DNA from: the human T2T-CHM13v2.0 reference genome, Homo sapiens
Direction: 5' to 3' (one strand)
Length of the DNA stretch: 64,000 nucleotides
Assembly (NCBI RefSeq): GCF_009914755.1
Contig: NC_060945.1
A model generated the notes under the pieces. That model was given only the letters and a program-made list of their open reading frames with translations. It had not been told where the DNA came from and searched no databases. Within the stretch, counting starts at the first letter, position 1. Each line of letters begins with the position of its first letter. Made by a program: the position numbers and the translations under genes. Shown here piece after piece: positions 1 to 19,079 of the stretch.

Positions 1-639
1 TTTTATAGTATATGACTATATCTTAATTTTTAATATGAAGTATTTTTTAAATAAAAGAAAATATTATATTCTATCAGGCATTCTTAAATTTTTAACAAAT
101 CTATTTTTTATTTCTCTATCGACATCAAGGTTGAAACAGCATATGTAACCCTCCTTCCCTTCTATCATCTCTGCAACGCAAGAAACTTAACATGCTTTCA
201 TTCTCCTAGTCACCTCTCTACAATCTAGATTTTCTTGTTGATGATGATGATGAAAAGAATCTGTAATTATTACTTGTTGAATGTTAAGTACCATGTATCA
301 TGTTTATTTTATAAGCATTATCTTATTTTTCCCAAGGTCTTAACTACTACCTCAAACTACCTCTCAGACTGTTTAGGGATTTTTAAAAACATTATGTCTT
401 CTATTTTAAGCCTCCTTTAAACAATTTTAAATTAAATGGTACAACTACTCTGTCAATGAATTTTTTGTATTGGTTTCTTAAAGCCCCTTCTGTAGCTTCT
501 GTGATACCACATAATCTCAGTGTTCTTTTGCCTCTTGGAGGTTCCCTCTCATTCTCTTTTGCTTAGTTGTCCTCCTGTTCGTCACCCCTAAATATCGGGG
601 TGTCCAACACTGAGTCCTCAGAGTGCTTCTCTTTTCACT

Positions 640-1650
<1,011 letters not shown>

Positions 1651-1664
1651 AAATTATTATTATA

Positions 1665-1818
1665 GCTCAGTTTTCTAATCTGTGTAATAGGGATAATAAT
1701 AATAATAATACTTACTCCATGGTGATGTTGGAGTGATTAAATGAGACACTATATCTAGATTTGTTCAGAATAGTACTTGAATCAGAGTAAATCCACAATA
1801 AATGTTGGCTATTATTAT
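1665..1818 (+). mobile_element. MIR fragment
   Basis: MIR core 'ctcagttttctaatctgtgtaatagggataataat...gattaaatgag...caataaatgttggctattatta'. Confidence 0.7.
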
Positions 1819-1994
1819 TACAATTACACACTGGACTTTTTTCCTTGATGTCTTTATTCTGCTTCTTCTTTCTTAATTTGGTTATTCTTAGAAAGGGTAA
1901 AAAATAATGAATGTTCTATTTTCCTGCATTCCAAGTCTTTTTCTTTGATTATCACATGCTTGACCAATAGTAAATGCTCAATAAATGTGAGCTA

Positions 1995-2071
1995 TCAGGT
2001 TGGTGCAAAAGTAAGTGCAGTTTTTTGCCATTAAAATAATGGTTTTTGCCATTACTTTTGCACCAAACTAA
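1995..2071. mobile_element. MADE1 (Hsmar1-derived mariner MITE)
   Basis: TIR-like ends tcaggttggtgcaaaagta ... tacttttgcaccaaactaa with TA dinucleotide flanks, ~77 bp. Confidence 0.85.
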
Positions 2072-3274
2072 TAATTATATTTAGAATACACAAAACCTTC
2101 CCTTTCTGGTTATTCTTACTCTGATGCATTTCTATTGGATTACCCTTTAAGTAACTTCAGAAGAAACAAGGGGTCTTCATCTTTATACGTAATCTTCTTC
2201 AGAAGAAGTTTAACTTCAGAACTTTAACTTCAGTAACTTCAGAACTTTTTAGAAGTTTAAGTAACTTCTTCAGAAGAAACATGTAATCTTCATCTTTATA
2301 TGTCCAAACCTGTCTCCCTTTTACAATCACACATGAATCACAGTTTGGATGGGAAGAGATTTCTAGAATTACCTCAGAATTTGGTCAATGTTCTCAATAC
2401 GTAGTCCTTTGTTTTTGTTTGGAAGTGTATGGAACTTTCTCTTCATCTTCAAGATTCAGGAATTTCACCATGACATGTTTTGTTGGCTCTCTTCTTTAGT
2501 ATTCCTGCCGAGTGTTTGGTGGGTCCTTTTGATGTAAACGCTGTGCCCGGCTATTTCCTTTCTTTAGTGAAAGGAAATTTTCTTTTATTATTTTTTGCAT
2601 TATGGCTTCTCTTCTAAGTGACATTGCTACTGAAACTCACTTAAGTGGCTGACTCTTAGATCGCGCCTCATGTCTCATATCTTAGTCTTAAAATATCTAT
2701 TTCTTTGGTTTGCATTTTTGGAGAATTTTTAAAAGTTATTTGTACATTAAAAGTTATTTGTACATTGAATTTCAGAAGTGTTCATTTTGCTCTTCAGTGC
2801 CCCAATTGAAGTTGCTTTGATGTACTTTAGAATTTTTTTTCTGAGAGATATTCTCTATGTGCATAGCAAGTTGCATTTTGAATGTAAAATCTTCAGAAAA
2901 ATAAATAAGGATGAAAACTAGGAATTTTTGAGTTTCCTCATGTTTTCTGCAGTATTCCCAATGTCTTTATGTTTTTCTATTTCCAATGGCTCTCCAAATG
3001 GGTTTACCTGTCGCATTGCACTAGACTTGTTCACTGTAGAATTGTATAGGGGCTCCTGGAGTTGTCTTCAAGTTAGTGCATGTTGCACTATATCTGGACA
3101 ATATTCGTCAGACTTTGTAACAAAAGGTGGGGTTTTTCTTAGGTCCTGCTAAAAGTAGTTTTCTTCTCTATTTTAATCTCATTTTGCTTGTTTCCTTCTC
3201 TACAGTTTTTATAAATACTCTGTGACTTCATAGTTTCACTTTTAATATGTACGTATATTAAGTTAACATCTCAA

Positions 3275-3885
<611 letters not shown>

Positions 3886-5916
3886 GCACACCTTAATTTT
3901 TATAACAGCAGAGACTACAATGGAGGCTGGTATAAAAGGGTAATACTTCTTTATTATTCAAGGGTTGACTGGTGAACAGTTTCAGTTGTGCCCTGATTTT
4001 TCCTATCTTAGGATATTATCTTAGTGTTTTATCAACAAACCTTTCAGAGCTTCTTTTTGTGACATTTCTGCAATATTGAGTTTATATGTACTGTAGGATT
4101 AATCTATTATTGCTCTATCAGCATTCTTGACTGAGTTCTTCTGTGTAACTATGACCATTCATGTGCTATGAGAAATTTGGAAGTGTCATATTTGTCCTTA
4201 CCCTCAGAAAACATATAGTTTGATTGGACAAAGCAATAAAATTTAAAAGTATATAATCAAGAAAAAATTAGAATGCAGAGATAAAAATAATAGATGTTCA
4301 GAGAAGAGAGAAATAAGTGAGGGATGAGATAGTCATCAAATATACATGGAGACTGTGAAACCTTGTGCAGAGCCTTGATGGATGCGTGTGGCTTGAAAAG
4401 GCGGCAAAGTGAAGTCTGGCTTTACTGACGAGAGAAACAAGGAAAGGGTTTTTGTGTGACAGTAAAGATTCAGGCCTGATTATCTTTAAAGTAGAACAAA
4501 GAGTCAGAAATTCAAAGATGGACATCACTACAGATCCAATAGGTATCAAAAAGATAAGGAGATCTTGAAACTTTATGCAAAAAATGAAATGGGACATTCC
4601 TTGAAAAACTCAATACTTATCAAAATAGATTTAAGAAAAACAGACTATCTGAATCTGAATAATTGGTAAAGAAATTAAATTAATTATTAAAAAAAACCCC
4701 AAAAAACAAAAAACAAAAAACCAGGCCCTGAAGTCTTCAGCAACGAAGTATAATAAACATTTAGGGAAGAAATAACACCAGTCTTATACAAATAGCCCCA
4801 GAAAAAAGAAAAAAATAAATTCCCCAGAACCTGACATATGAAGAAAGCGTAACCTTGCCAAAGATATTACAAGAGAGGAAAATTCAAGACAATCAGACTC
4901 TAGCACATAGAAGCAAAAATCCCAAACAAACACCAGCCAACCAAATCTAGCTATGCAAAAGATATCATGACCAAATTAAATTTGTTCCAAGAATACCTTT
5001 AGAAAATTAATCAATGCATTTCACTATATTAACAAAACAAAGAAAACTATGACTATCCCAGAGATGCAGAAAAAGCTTTTGATAAAATTTGTCGTTCATA
5101 AAAAATATTCTTAATGGAAGAGAACTTCCTTAATCTTATAAAGGTTATCTGGGGGAACCTATGGCAAACATATGGTGAAATGTTGACAGGTTTCTCTTTG
5201 AAAATGAGAATAAGATACAGATGTCCACTCTCATTCCTATTAAACATTGTGTTGAATCTCCTAGACAAACGAAGAAAAGCAATAAAATGAAATGAAAGAT
5301 ATATGAAGTGGGAAGGAAAATATAAAACTCATTATTCATAGATGGTATCATAGTATACGTAAAATATCCAAAAGAACATACAGGTATAAAAATTCAAAGG
5401 GCCCAAAATAGCAAAACACTTTTTAGAAGAATAAAAAGATGGAAGGATTTGCTCTACTGGATATCAGGTTATCATAAAACCACAGCCATTTACATAGTGT
5501 ATATATATATATATATATATGTGCATAAGTAGATAAATGGATCAATCAAAGAGAAGGGAGAAATCTAGAAACAGACTCATGCGTATTTTGACACTCGATA
5601 TTTCACAAAGTTTTCTTCAACAAATAGTGCTGGGACTACTGGATATCCATATGGAAAAAAATTAAACTTGATCCTTATCTCACACCATATGTAAAATTCA
5701 ATTTCAGGTGAATTGCAGATCTAAATGTGAAAGGTAAAATAAAACTTCTAGTTGATAGCGTAGTATAATATCTTCCTACTCTAGTGTACATAAAGACTTC
5801 TTAAACAGGGCTCAAAATATATTAACTATTAAAAAAATTACATTTCACTAAAATTAAGAATTTTTGTTCATTAAAAGATGACAGTAAGAGGGTGAAAAGG
5901 TAAGCAACTATTCAGA

Positions 5917-5917
<1 letters not shown>

Positions 5918-5950
<33 letters not shown>
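5918..5950 (+). repeat. (CA)n microsatellite
   Basis: About 16 uninterrupted AC units. Confidence 0.95.
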
Positions 5951-5955
<5 letters not shown>

Positions 5956-6460
5956 AAAAACTCTTACAAGCCAGTAAGAATAAGATAACCCAGTAGAAAA
6001 AGGGACAAGACACTGGGATGGGTACTTCATAAAACAGGCTATCCAGATTAATAAACCTATAAATCAGAAATCAGAGAACTTATAGTTTCAATGAGATTCA
6101 ACTATGCATCCATCATAATGGTTACAACTAAAAAGACTGATAATAATAACTGTTGGTGAGGATGTAAAGCAAAGGGAATTCTCATACATGGCTGGTAAGA
6201 GAATAAATTGACATAGCCACTTTGAAAAAACAGTTTAGCATTCTCTATTAAAGTAGAAGATATGCGTATATTATGACCCAACAATTCCACTCCTAGATAT
6301 GTGCCCAATAGAAATGCATGCACGTGGGCACCAAGAAACGGACAAGAACAGTTAAAGCAGAGCTGCTCCCAACAGCCTCAGAATTTACTCAGCCCAATTG
6401 TCCTTAACAGTAGGATGGATAAATAAATTGTGGTGTATTTACTGAATAAAATACAGTAGC

Positions 6461-6838
<378 letters not shown>

Positions 6839-7103
6839 TCAAAAAGCAAAACTAAACTCTAATATTTAAGAATACAAGTTGTGATGGTAAAACTGTCTTT
6901 TAAAAAATCAGGGAAATGACTTCCATAAAAATCAGGGTAGTGGCTACTTTAATCAGAGAGGGATGGTATGGTGATTGGAATACAGAGGAGGTTTCTGGAA
7001 TGCTGGTAATATTTTATTTCTTGAATAGGGTTATATGGATGTTCACTTTGGGATAAACCATTGAGCGATACATTTTTGTTTTTTCCCTGTTCTATATTTG
7101 TTT

Positions 7104-7105
<2 letters not shown>

Positions 7106-7140
<35 letters not shown>

Positions 7141-7171
7141 TACACACACACACAAACATATGTGCACACAC
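7106..7171 (+). repeat. Imperfect (CA)n microsatellite
   Basis: Direct reading. Confidence 0.95.
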
Positions 7172-7955
7172 AATTATAAAAAGAAAAAACAGAATGGTTA
7201 CATATACTAAGTACAGTAAATTACGAAATGCTGAGTATCAGTCTTTAAACATGAAGTAGATTTATACATAGAGATTTGGAGAGTTTTTGAAGCTGTACCA
7301 TTACCACTGAGAAAATAAAACAGTCTGCAGAATGATGCACACAATGCAATACATGTATATCAAAACAATGCTATACATGTTTACATATACAGCACAGTCA
7401 TCATGCATAGAAGTACATAGAATTAATTTCAGAGGCATACATCCAGTCTAAAAACAGTGATTACTTCTAGAAAAGGGACTGAGTATTTGCTGAGAGGGCT
7501 ATCCGTATGATTGGTATAACTAAAAATAAACAAACAAAAGAAGAAGAAAGAAAGGAGGAAGAGAGGAAAGAGGGGAGGGAAGGAAGAAGAGATGAGCAAA
7601 CCTAGAATTTTGAGCCAGGCCCCCCAAGATCACAATGGAGATGGTATTGAGCAGCTTCATCTAGAATGTTCCTTGAACATTTCTTTCCTACTTCCACTTT
7701 TGGGGTTGCCATAAATTTTAAGAATTTGTTCATTCACTCATTCATTCAACAAACATATATATTATTGTGTTTCCTAAGGCAGAGCTTTCGGGAGTTTTCG
7801 TGTTTCAGTCCAGCCACCGAGTGGGCCAACATTTGATGATCACATGAAAACCTCGCTCCAATAACATTCAAAATCTTCACCATGAACAGGTGCTGGGTAG
7901 ATCATGTTTATAAGAATTGTGTGCATTTCTGAGTGTTTAGAATTGTATGTGTTTA

Positions 7956-8245
7956 GGCTGAGCGCATTGGCTCATGCCTGTAATCTTAGCACTTTGGGAG
8001 GCCAAAGCAGGCGGATTGCTTATGTCCAGGAGTTCAAGACCAGCCTGGGCAGCATGGCAAAACTCCATCTCTACTAAAAATAAAACACAAATTAACTGAG
8101 CATGGTGGTGCCTGCCTGTAGTTTCAGCTACTTGGTTGGGGACTGAGGTGGGAGGATTGCTTGAGCCCAGGAGGTCGAGGTTGCAGCGAGCCTAAATCGC
8201 ACCACTACACTCCAGCCTGAGTGACAAAGTGAGACCCTGTCTCAA
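7956..8245 (+). mobile_element. Alu (J-like)
   Basis: Diverged Alu with 'ggaggattgcttgagcccaggaggtcgagg'. Confidence 0.9.
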
Positions 8246-8789
8246 GAACTGTGTTTTTATTTATTAAGTTAATCAAAGCTTTAAAAGTCTCAAAAGATAA
8301 CAATGGCTGAGCAGCTTGTAGGACTCTGGGAAACTGCAGGGGAAATACTCATGAAACCTTAAGGAGTAATTTAATAGACTTAGAGATGAAAACGAAACCC
8401 CAAGGAGACAGCCCAGGCACAGTAGAAAGAGAGACACACAGTTGTACCAGTCGTTTAGAAGCAGATGTGAACGATGGCCCAGGTGTGACGATCATGGTAG
8501 AACTTGATGCAGGACATGTGTGTGGCAGGAAATACAGGCATGTTTTCACACATTCCATCAGGCACAAATGTGCTCTTCGTGTCCAAGAGATTATCTTCTA
8601 AACTTGGCCTTTCCAGTGGCACATGTCAGTAAATCTCTGATACTTGACTAGATCTGCTTCTAGAAACAGAAAGAAGCTTCATCTTTCTTTCCATCGCCAC
8701 AGCCTCCGGGGGTGGCCTCCCTCTCCTACCACCCCTACCATTCATTCTCCATCTGCAGTTGGCATGCTCCTTTAAGAGTGTAAATTAGG

Positions 8790-10075
<1,286 letters not shown>

Positions 10076-11925
10076 TTATTTATGTGTTTACAGTCAGCCT
10101 TTTCCCACTAGAATAGAAGCCTTAAGAGTAGAGGGACTTTAATTTTTTCACTGCCATATTCCCTGTGCCAAAATGATGCCTGGCACATAGTTGGCATTCA
10201 ATAAAAATCTGGCCCAGTGAACTTCATGCTACTCTGAAAAGTTTATTAAATGTATCCAAGGTGACCAAGACATTAACCTGCATTTATAATGAACTATATA
10301 AATAAATGTAGTCAACAAATATTTTATTAACTCAAAAGTAAGAATGATCTGTGTTATCTTCACATGGTTTGTTTACCAAATACAGACCATATACCAGTCG
10401 TTTTTAGGCACCGGTGATAAAAACACCCAGGTCCTTATCTTAAGGGGCTCATAAATGTGTGTGTGTGTGTGTATGTGTGTGTAGGAAGTGGGTGGGAAAG
10501 GGAATATAAGCAAGTAAACAGTGTCACTACACTGTGTGGTCAATACAATTATGGAGGTAAACACAGGTGCCGGTGACATAGGGGAAGGGCAGGTAGATCT
10601 GAAGGGGGATGAGGAAGGGTGTTGGCAAAGCTTTCGAGAGGAGCTGAGAATACAGTTGAGTTGGGAAGAACAAATAGTGATTATCCAAAGAAAGAATAGG
10701 GAAGCGTAAATAGGGCTGGAGAAGCAACTTGTTCTGGGTAGGGAAGCACCATGCTTCGGGAGCTGCAGGGCAGTGAGTTTAACGGTGGAGAATACAGCTG
10801 GGATGTGGTGAGGGATCAATCTCGGTGTGCATGGTGCAGCCCTTCGTAGATGACCCTGATATCAGTGGACATCACTTACCCATGTCTGCTTTATTTTCCA
10901 GTGGGTTCCCAGTGCTAGTGTGGTGCCTGTCAGATGGAAGGCCCTCAGTAAATATTTCCTGAATGAGTGAATGAATGAATGGATTTGGAATGTTACCCCC
11001 AGTACCCCTCGTTCCAGGAGGCAGTTAGAGTTTTACGTAAACAGAGATGTGATCTGATCAACATGCTGTTTGAGAAGGACCACTCTGGGAGCCCGAGAGT
11101 AGAAGAGGGAAGACCCGGGTCAGTGAGGCAGGTAAACAAGTGCGTGTGGGAGTGCATTTGAGGGCTGTGGAGTGAGGTGGGTGGCAAGGAAGGAATGGAT
11201 TTGAGAGCTCCTTGGTGACCTACTGGATGGAAGTAAGAAATAAGGTCACCTCTAGGAGGTTTTCTGATTTCTGGTACAAGGCCTGGGTATGTGGTGGGGC
11301 CATTCACAGGACATAAGACTGGAGGTGGCGCAGCCTAAAGGCAAGATACTGGGTTCAGCTGACACCTGGAACACCCAGGTAGAAATGTCTAATGATCAGC
11401 CAAAACCTGGGCCTGGGGCCCAGGAGACAGGTCTGGGCTGGAAGAAGGTCTGGACATCAGCAGGGTCTGGGCAGTGCTGGAAACCAGACAGTAGGAGGAG
11501 AGCACTCAGAGAGGGAGCCCTGTGGGGTGGGCACAGCAGTGGTCTTGGGGGCAGATGGAAGGAATCGGCAGAGGTGACCCAAAGCTGGCTAGCTGGTGGC
11601 AGTGGAACCAGTTATGGTTTGGGGGGGTGGAACAAGTTATGGTTTGGGGGAATCAATGGCAGCTGCAAGAGGACCTTGTCATTTTCACCTGCAATAGTGA
11701 AAGAATGCCCAGGTTGGAAGCTGAAAAAATAAAATCCAAGATAGAATGAGGTGGGAGGAATGGGCTGAGGCAGGCAGCTTGGAACCAAGAAGGAAGTGGA
11801 TGCTGGAACTCCCTTTTTATATGGTTCCCTGGGCGAAGTGCAGGGTGAGGTGGCTTTCAGGAACCATTGGGATGAGGCGGTTTCTGCCTTTGAGTAACTT
11901 TCCATGCCACCACCCAGGAGATTAG

Positions 11926-13983
<2,058 letters not shown>

Positions 13984-14865
13984 TCAGGGGTGTTGACTTT
14001 TAAAATGTGGGAAGAAGACAATTAAATGAGGGCTTTAAAGCTTTACATGCAGTGAGCAAGGAAGCTTCTGGAAAGCATTTGAGGCCCATTTCCCACGACT
14101 TGTCCCTGACAGTAGCTATGAAAATCCCGGGGTGGGGCTCATGGGAGTGAGGTATGCATCCTCTTGTGGGACGCTCTGGCTGAGCAGCGCAGGCCAAGAG
14201 ACTTCCAGGCCACAAGGAAATAACACCATCAAGACCGGAGCGATGGCATCACGGGTATCCCCTCAGGAAAAACTCAGAAGCTGGCACAGAGGGGCACGCT
14301 GGCTGAGGTGGGGTAAGCTTCCTGGTACTCGGGAGGTCTGCTAACAAGAGGACAGGAAAGGAGACTGGGACTGGATGGCGTGGTAAGATAGGGACCTGGG
14401 CACAGGGATGGGTCACCAGTGTGTGTTGTAGCTGCTCTAGGCAGGGTAAATATTTCCCACCTGAGGAGGGAGAAAAATGCCAGTGGTGTTGCAATGTTAC
14501 TGTTTTGCACAGCTGCGGACCCAGAAAAGGAGAAGGACACCCTTTCCTGCCCTACTCTAGATTAGAAGATTCCCGCTGTCTTCTATTCCTCCCCAGCTGT
14601 TTGTGTTTCAGGCCTTCTGAGGGGGATCATGCTGAAGGCACCTCCAGGGAGAGAGGATGTGGGGGGAGCAGCAATGGCAGAGACCTGTGTCCCAAATGGA
14701 ACCCATGGCTCCAAGGCTGAGGCTCCTCAAGCCTCCAGCTAGACCCCCTTTTTCCTCATCTCCCTCCCTGGGAACTCAACCTAGCCAAAGGCTTCAGGTA
14801 CCACCCTCAGAGGGGGCACAGAGGTTGATATCCCCAGTTAAGTGGGGACAGCCCACCATCTAGAG

Positions 14866-15117
14866 CAGGGGTGTCCAATCTTTTGGCTTCCCTGGGCCAT
14901 ACTGAAAGAAGAATTGTCTTGGGCCACACATAAAGCATGCTAACACTAACAATAGCTGATGAGTTTTTTAAAAAATTGCAAAATAAACTCATAGATTTTA
15001 AGAAAGTTTACGAATTTGTGTTGGACTGCATTCAAAGCCATACTGAGACATCCTGGGCCACACTCAAAGCCATCCTGGGCTGCATTCGACCCATGGGCCA
15101 TGGGTTGGACAAGCTTG
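14866..15117 (+). mobile_element. MER30 hAT DNA transposon
   Basis: Ends caggggtgtccaatc ... ggttggacaagcttg with a perfect 8-bp TSD ATCTAGAG (14858-14865 and 15118-15125). Confidence 0.9.
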
Positions 15118-16791
15118 ATCTAGAGGAAATTCCTACCTTATTCTGCCAGCAAATATCTATTCATCACCCTCTGTGTCAGGCATTGTATCAGGGGCCAGGA
15201 CCTTACCATGATTAGACCAAGGCCCTGTTCTCTGGAGCTTACATTCTACTGAAGCCTCACGGCACTGCAAACCCATTATGTGCTGCAGGCTAACACTGAT
15301 GGAGCCGGGCACTGTGTTAGAGCCAAATTAGAGCTCCTTACATCCCTTCTGCTCATTAGGATCTGCTTCTTCTCAGCTCCTGGAGTGCCACTGAGCCTTC
15401 AAGTGGAGTCAGGTTTCCCCAGCTGTGGAAAGAGGGGACATCTGGGGAATAAGAGTCAAGCAGAGCTTGGTGATCTGAATCAATTTTTCTTTTAAAGCAT
15501 TGGGCCTTTGTAGCAATAATGGCAAACCGCTATTAAGCACTTCCCACACTGCAGGCTGCACTGTACTTTCCGTGTATTGTGTGTGGTATATTGGACACGA
15601 CCCTATGCCTTAGGTCTGATTATGTTACAGATGAGGAAACTGAACCACAGAGTTCAGTTACTTGTTCAAGGGTACACAGTCATTGGACACAGGCGGTCTG
15701 GCTTTGGCTCCATGCTCTTGACCACCAAGCTGTACTGCTGCCAACTAGCCACCTTTGGTGAGACCTGCTCTGCCTACAATTCTCTTGGATAGTTCTTCTC
15801 TTGGAAGCAAGAATTTGTATGCCATCACTGTACTCTCGTGGATTCAGATGGATCTGAAGATGGATGTCAAGTGAGATTCCTCCTCCTGATCAGAGATGGT
15901 GGTATCTGCTGTCACTTGAACTTGGCATGTGTGTCCTCAGGATACCTGGGCTATGGGCTAGCCATCTTCCATGGTGGGCATGTAGAGGCAGAGAGTGCTT
16001 GTCTCCAAACAGACAAGATGGCATGGGGAGGGTGGGGTGATGTCAGACACTTCATGAGCAGAGCAGAGACAAGATACATGTAGTCCCAGAGAAACCAAGG
16101 ATGTCTTGTCTAGTTCCCCAGGAGCCCTGGATGTACGTTCTGTTACTGGATTCTAGGATGCACTCTTGAGTCCTTTGATACATCCTTGTTTTTACTTTTT
16201 TAATGTAATAATTACAAAATGATGGCCAATGAGATTGGCGAAAATATAAAGAGTGTTGCAAATAGCACTCATTCAACGAATCCTAATCTTTCAGCAAAGA
16301 GATTAGCCTGGTGTGTGTATGTATGGGTGAAAGTGTGCATGTATTTGTAGGATCTGCCCACTCAAATCAGGTGATGAAAAGTTGACAGAGGTTTCAATTA
16401 AGATTGACATAAGGTGAAATTTGAAAGCCACCCAGAAAACACATGATACACTGTTATGAAACTAAATCCCAGGGCAAAGATGTGGGCACAGAGGGACTCT
16501 CTTGACACAGCTGACAAGTTCCAACTCTACTATTCCAACTCCAGTATTCATGGCTGCTCAGGCAAAATCATTCTGGAAGTACAAAGCACCTGTGTCCAGA
16601 TTTGGTGTTTACTTCTCTACCAAGAACTTGAATTTGTAACTGAGTCAAGGTCCTGAATCTGCCACCAGTAGACTCAGTTCACTGGAGACAGCAACTCTCT
16701 TCCCCTCAGTTGGGTAAGGGACTTTGCAACCCTGGGAAAATGTAGAGACTAGTGTAGAATCAATGAGGAGCAGAATCAAAACCAGAATACT

Positions 16792-17338
16792 ATCATATTT
16801 TACTGATTCTAAGGTGCACAGTGTTTTACATTTTACCATCTTGGGAATTAGAATGCATTTTACAATCGATGGCATCAGGCCACGCACAGTGGCTCACACC
16901 TGTAATCTCAGCAGTTTGGGAGGCTGAAGCAGGTGGATCGCCCAAGGTCAGGAGTTTGAGACCAGCCCGGTCAACATGGCAAAACCCTGTCTCTACTAAA
17001 AATACAAAAATTAGCTGGGCATGGGGTGGGCACCCTATAATGCCAGCTACTCAGGAGGCTGAGGCAGAAGAATAGCTTGAATCTGGGGGGTGCGGCATGG
17101 AGGTTGCAGTGAACCGAGGCTGTGCCACTTCACTCTGGCCTGGCAAAAGAGTGAAACTCTGTCTGGAAAAAAAAAAAAAAAAAAAGAAAGAAATCAATGG
17201 CACCATATGATTATAAATGGTGATCTAAAATAAAAGTTGAAAATTTCCAAAAAATTATAAATGTTTGTGTTTTTTCTACCTTAGTGATATCCTAAAAAAA
17301 AAGTTGAATCTTATATCTTAGATTCAACAAAATATAGC
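16792..17338 (+). mobile_element. MER104/Kanga-like Tc2 DNA element interrupted by an Alu (16878-17191)
   Basis: Degenerate TIR 'catattttactgattctaag' / 'cttagattcaacaaaatatag'. The Alu has TSD aatcratggcayca. Confidence 0.6.
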
Positions 17339-17342
17339 ACTC

Positions 17343-17743
17343 TGCTTTAGTTAGTTTAACTGTCTCTCCCAAAAAAAGTGTGATGAAAACTTAATTCCCA
17401 ATACAACAGTGTTGTGAGGTGGGGCCTAATGAGAGGGTGATTCAATATGAGAATCAATAAAATATGACAATACTCTGGTTTTGATTCTGCCCTCATGAAT
17501 GGATTAATGCTATTATTGTGGGAGTGGGTTCCTTACAAAAGGATGAGTTTGGCCCCCCCTTGGCCTCTGTCTTGCCCTTCCACTTTTTGCCATGGGATAA
17601 CACAGCAAGAAGGCCCTTGCCAGGTGCTATCTTCTTGATCTTGGACTTCCCAGTTTCCAGAACTGTGAGAAATAAATTTCTATTCATTATAAATTACCTA
17701 GTCTGTGGCATTCTGTTATAGCAGCAAAAAATGGAGGAAGACA
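17343..17743 (+). mobile_element. MaLR solo LTR (MSTD/MLT1A-like)
   Basis: TG...CA ends and 'ttggacttcccagtttccagaactgtgagaaataaatttct...ttctgttatagcagc'. Confidence 0.8.
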
Positions 17744-18577
17744 CACTCTTTTTGTGGTAAGGTTAGGAATAATTTTTAAATCATCACTATAATCTTTTGG
17801 TTATTTAAAGAGATTGGAACATGGAAGAAAATCTAACATAGTAGACAGCCTGGCATATTACACTTGCAATTTTAATTTGAAACATTTAAGAGGATATAAT
17901 TAATTGAATTTGTAGACAGTCTTTGGAAGTTGTATTATTGGGGTACAATCTAACCACAAAATGTAATGGCTCAAAGATGATAGAAGTTTATTTCATTTTT
18001 TGTTAACAGTCAGTAGTGAAATGGTCCAGAGCTGGAGGCCAAGCAGCCTTGTGATTTGAGGTCTTCTAAGGAATTGGTTCCTTCTCTCCTTTGGTTCTCC
18101 CTTGGCCTAGGGTGTTATCTTCATAAGCATGGTTGATGGTGGCTCACTACCACATCAACGGGAAGTGGGAAAGAAGAAAGTCTATGGCAAGTGTCTTTAA
18201 GGAGATGCGCTCATTGTAGCACACATCATATCTGCTCATATTCCATTGGCCCAAACATAGTCACATGGTGACAGCCAGCTGCAAAGGAGCTTGGGAAATG
18301 TAGTCTGTGGTTGTGTGGTCATGCAACTAGTTAAAGCTTAAGGGTTTTAGCTAAAAGGAAAAGAGGGGAGAATTAACACTAGAAAACAGTCGATACTTAT
18401 CCACCATGAAGCTTAAGAGAAGCTCATTCCCTAGATTTATTAAATTTCAATAATCGCTTAAAGGCTTAGAAAGATCTTGTCAGGTTTATGAGTTTGCCAT
18501 ATCAGGTTGAAGTGTTTTAGAGAATCAGATATATTTTAATTTCAAATGCACTAAAAATGTCTTAGGAAGTTTAATAA

Positions 18578-18910
18578 AGAACAGAAATTTATTGTCTCAT
18601 AGTTCTGGAGTCTGGGAAGTCCAAGATCAAGATGCTGGAAGGTTCAGTTGTCTGGTGAGGGTTTGGTCTCTGCATTCAAGATGGTGCTTTTGAGTGCTGC
18701 ATCCTCTGGAAGGAGGAATGCTGTGTCTTCACATGGTGGAAGGCAGAAGGGCAAGCAAGGTGTATTCACTCCATCAAGCCCTTTTAAAAGGGCACCTAAT
18801 TCCATTCTAGATGGAGGAGCCCTCATGGCCTAATCATCTCTTAAAGGCCCCACCTTTTATCACATTGGCAACACATGAATTTTTCAAAGGACACATTCAA
18901 ACCATAGCAG
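18578..18910 (-). mobile_element. MaLR LTR fragment (MST/MLT1-like)
   Basis: 'aacagaaatttattgtctcatagttctggagtctgggaagtccaagatcaag...aaaccatagca'. Confidence 0.75.
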
Positions 18911-19079
18911 AACCTTTGGACAGGTTTCTATTACTTATGACCAAAAAACCCTGAGGAAGACAGTTTCTCCTCCAACCCCCTTATGTTTCTATGTGTCTCT
19001 GTGTCACAGAGCTCACAGCTACATTTCTAAAATTATGACAACTCTCAACACATGCATGAATGGAGGAGACACCCATGGT

